Made by a program: the position numbers and the translations under genes. Below the pieces are notes generated by a model, which ran no database searches, was not told where the DNA came from, and saw only the letters and a program-made list of their open reading frames with translations. From positions 131,068,001-131,132,000 of the forward strand of contig OZ024743.1 in assembly GCA_964016885.1 (NCBI GenBank): a stretch of DNA of 64,000 nt, given 5' to 3'. The stretch's first letter is position 1, and every line of letters begins with the position of its first letter. The stretch comes from Eledone cirrhosa. Taxonomy: Eukaryota. This document shows, piece after piece, positions 61,901-64,000 of this stretch.

Positions 61901-64000
61901 TTGGTGCTTGGTGCTTGGTGTTTGTACTTGGTGTTTGGTGCTTGGTGTTTGGTGCTTGGTTCTTGGTGTTTGGTGCTTGGTGTTTGGAGCTTGGTGCTTG
62001 GTGTTTGGTGCTTGGTGCTTGGTGTTTGTACTTGGTGCTTGGTGCTTGGTGTTTGGTGCTTGGTTCTTGGTGTTTGGTGCTTGGTGTTTGGAGCTTGGTG
62101 CTTGGTGTTTGGTGCTTGGTGCTTGGTGTTTGGTGTTTGGTGCTTGGTGCTAGGTGTTTGGTGCTTGGTGCTTGGTGTTTGGTGTTTGGTTCTTGGTGCT
62201 TGGTATTTGGTGCTTTGTGCTTGCTGCTTGGTGTTTGGTGCTTGGTGATTGATGCTTGGTGTTTGGTGCTTGGTGCTTGGTGTTTGGTTTTTGGTGCTAG
62301 GTGCTTGGTGCTTGGTGTTTGTTGCTTGGTGTTTGGTGTTTGGTGCTTGGTGCTTGGGGCTTGGTGTTTGGTACTTGGTGCTTGGTGCTTGGTGTTTGGT
62401 GCTTGGTGCTTGGTGTTTGGTGTTTGGTGTTTGGTGCTTGGTGCTTGGTGTTTGGTGCTTGGTGCTTGGTGCTGGGTGGTTGGTGTTTGGTGCTTGGTGC
62501 TTGGTGTTTGGTGCTTGGTGCATGGTGCTTGGTGTTTGGTGCTTGGTGCTTGGTGCTTGGTCTTTGGTGTTTGGTGTTTAGTGCTTGGTGCTTGGTGCTT
62601 GGTGCTTGGTGCATTGTGATTAGTGTTTGGTGCTTGGTCCTTGGGGTTTGGTGTTTGGTGCTTGGTGCTTGGTGTTTGGTGCTGGGTACTTGGTGTTTGG
62701 TGCTTGGTGTTTGCTGTTTGCTGTTTGGTGTTTTTGGTGTTTGCTGTTTGCTGTTTGGTGTCTGCTTTTTGGTGTTTGGTGTTTGCTCTATGGTGTTTGC
62801 TGTTTCATGTTTGGTGTTTGCTGTTTGGTGTTTGGTGTTTGCTGTTTGGTGTTTGGTCTTTGGTGCATGGTGTTTGGTGTTTGGTGCTTGGTGCTTGGTG
62901 CTTGGTGTTTGGTGTTTGGTGTTTGGTGTTTGTACTTGTTACTTGGTGCTTGGTGTCTGGTGTTTGGTGCTTGGTGTCTGGTGTTTTGTGCTTGGTGTTT
63001 GGTGTTTGGTGCTTGGTGCTTGATGTTTGGTGTTTGGTGCTTGGTGCTTGGTGTTTGGTGTTTAGTGCTTGGTGTTTGGTGTTTGGTGCTTGGTGTTTGG
63101 TGCTGGGTGCTTGGTGTTTGGTGCTTGGTGCTTGGTCTTTGGTGTTTGGTGTTTGGTGTTTGGGGCTTGGTGCTTGGTGCTTAGTGTTTGGTGCTAGGTG
63201 CTTGGGGTTTGGTGTTTGGTGCTTGGTGCTTGGTGTTTGGTGCTTGGTGCTTGGTGTTTGGTGTTTGGTGCTTGGTGCTTGGGGTTTGGTGTTTCCTGTT
63301 TGCTGTTTGGTGTTTGGTGTTTGGTGTTTGCTGTTTGGTGTCTGCTTTTTGGGGTTTGGTGTTTGCTGTATGTTATTTGCTGTTTGGTGTTTGGTGTTTG
63401 GTGTTTGGTGCTTGGTGCTTGGTGTTTGGTGCTTGGTGCTTGGTGTTTGGTGCCTGGTGCTTGGGGCTTGGTGTTTGGTGTTTGGTGCTTGGTGCTTGGA
63501 GTTTGGTGTTTGGTGCTTGGTGTTTGGTTCTTGGTGCTTGGTGTTTGGTGTTTGGTGCTTGGTGTTTGGTGCTTGGTGCCTGGTGCTTGTTGTTTGGTGC
63601 TTGGTGTTTGGTGTTTGGTGTTTGGTGCTTGGTGTTTGGTGCTTGGTGTTTGGTGTTTGGTGCTTGGTGCTTGGTGTTTGGTGTTTGATGCTTGGTGCTT
63701 GGTGCTTGGTGTTTGGTGTTTGCTGCTTGGTGTCTGGTGCTTGGTGCTGGGTGCTTGGTGTTTGGTGCTTGGTGTTTGGTGCTTGGTGCTTGGTGCTTGG
63801 TGTTAGGTGTTTGGTGCTTGGTGTTTGGTGTTTGGTGCTTCATGCTTGGTGTTTGGTGTTTGGTGCTTGGTGCTTGGTGTTTGGTGCTTGGTGCCTGGTG
63901 CATGGTGTTTGGTGCTTGATGCTTGGTGATTGGTGTTTGCTGTTAGGTGTTTGGTGCTTGGTGCTTGGTGTTTGGTGCTTGGTGCTTGGTGTTTGGTGCT
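58922..64000 (+). repeat. Divergent satellite domain with private variant monomers; probable new higher-order unit of about 4.5 kb
   Basis: Monomers not noticed upstream include TTGTAGT, TTCATGC, TTGGCAC, TGCATGC, TTATTGT, TTGTCGC, TTGCGGT, TTGGATT and TACGTGC. About 59050-59530 recurs at about 63520-64000 (offset 4468; ORFs 59224/63692). Confidence 0.8.

Larger units (their letters stand above)
1..64000 (+). repeat. Tandem satellite array of 7-bp monomer TTGGTGY (TTGGTGC/TTGGTGT), about 9,100 copies, extending beyond both window ends
   Basis: Every line parses as TTGGTG[C/T] monomers with scattered single-base variants and occasional 6-bp monomers. No unique sequence or orientation switch seen. 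The + strand is almost all G/T with very little A. Confidence 0.99.

Noticed and set aside
1997-62623. Recurring GATTAG module as a CRISPR-like repeat-spacer array
   Set aside because: Intervals are 0.5-3.6 kb of the same satellite rather than unique 25-45 bp spacers, and there are no cas genes or leader.
452-63903. Minus-strand mucin-like ORFs (S/N-T-K-H-Q-A/T-P)n
   Set aside because: Same artefact on the other strand. ATGs come from the CAT in variant monomers, 6-bp monomers shift frame freely, and there is no signal peptide or non-repetitive terminus. Repeat-associated translation cannot be excluded but has no support here.
8-63919. Hundreds of + strand ORFs encoding (L-V-L/F-G-A/V-W-C)n, up to 855 aa
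   Set aside because: A stop-free 7-bp repeat gives the same heptapeptide in all three frames. Starts and stops fall on sporadic variants, no frame is preserved, and there is no domain or unique sequence.
1-64000. Identity with known heptamer repeats (cyanobacterial STRR2 TT(G/T)GTCA, Drosophila virilis ACAAACT family, plant TTTAGGG)
   Set aside because: No rotation or reverse complement of TTGGTGY equals these, and STRR arrays are short intergenic tracts.
1-64000. Whole window as synthetic DNA or a sequencing artefact, or the C/T pattern as an encoded message
   Set aside because: Rare variants are shared hierarchically among distant copies with graded divergence, as expected from natural duplication history. 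The C/T pattern is explained by that copying. Local misassembly remains possible.
1-64000. Promoters, terminators, hairpins, transposon ends, tRNA or rRNA
   Set aside because: Near absence of A on the + strand precludes extended inverted repeats. Only 4-6 bp palindromes (GTAC, AGCT, CATG, CTAG) arise from variants, and no non-satellite sequence is present.

Overview
The whole 64-kb window is one uninterrupted, single-orientation tandem satellite of the 7-bp monomer TTGGTGY (TTGGTGC and TTGGTGT in roughly similar proportions; reverse complement RCACCAA), about 9,100 monomers, running off both ends. I see no credible gene, RNA gene, transposon or CRISPR array. All ORFs in the track are artefacts of translating a nearly stop-free heptamer. 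The informative signal is the array's internal architecture. Rare variant monomers (e.g. TTGGTGA-TTAGTGT, TTGCTGT, CTGGAGC, TAGGTGC-ATGGTGC, 6-bp TTGTAC) mark a small set of recurring modules of about 0.1-1 kb, arranged in shuffled order. These were amplified by nested in-register duplications: about 104, 251 and 264 bp; 1.55, 2.47, 2.9, 3.44, 4.3 and 4.44 kb; and long-range offsets of about 4.7, 6.6, 7.0 and 10.7 kb. A more diverged domain starts at about 58.9 kb. CpG-decay-type variants and the scale suggest eukaryotic heterochromatin (centromeric, pericentromeric or telomere-associated), but organism and function cannot be determined from this window. Coordinates and counts were obtained by eye and from ORF-track offsets, so treat them as approximate.
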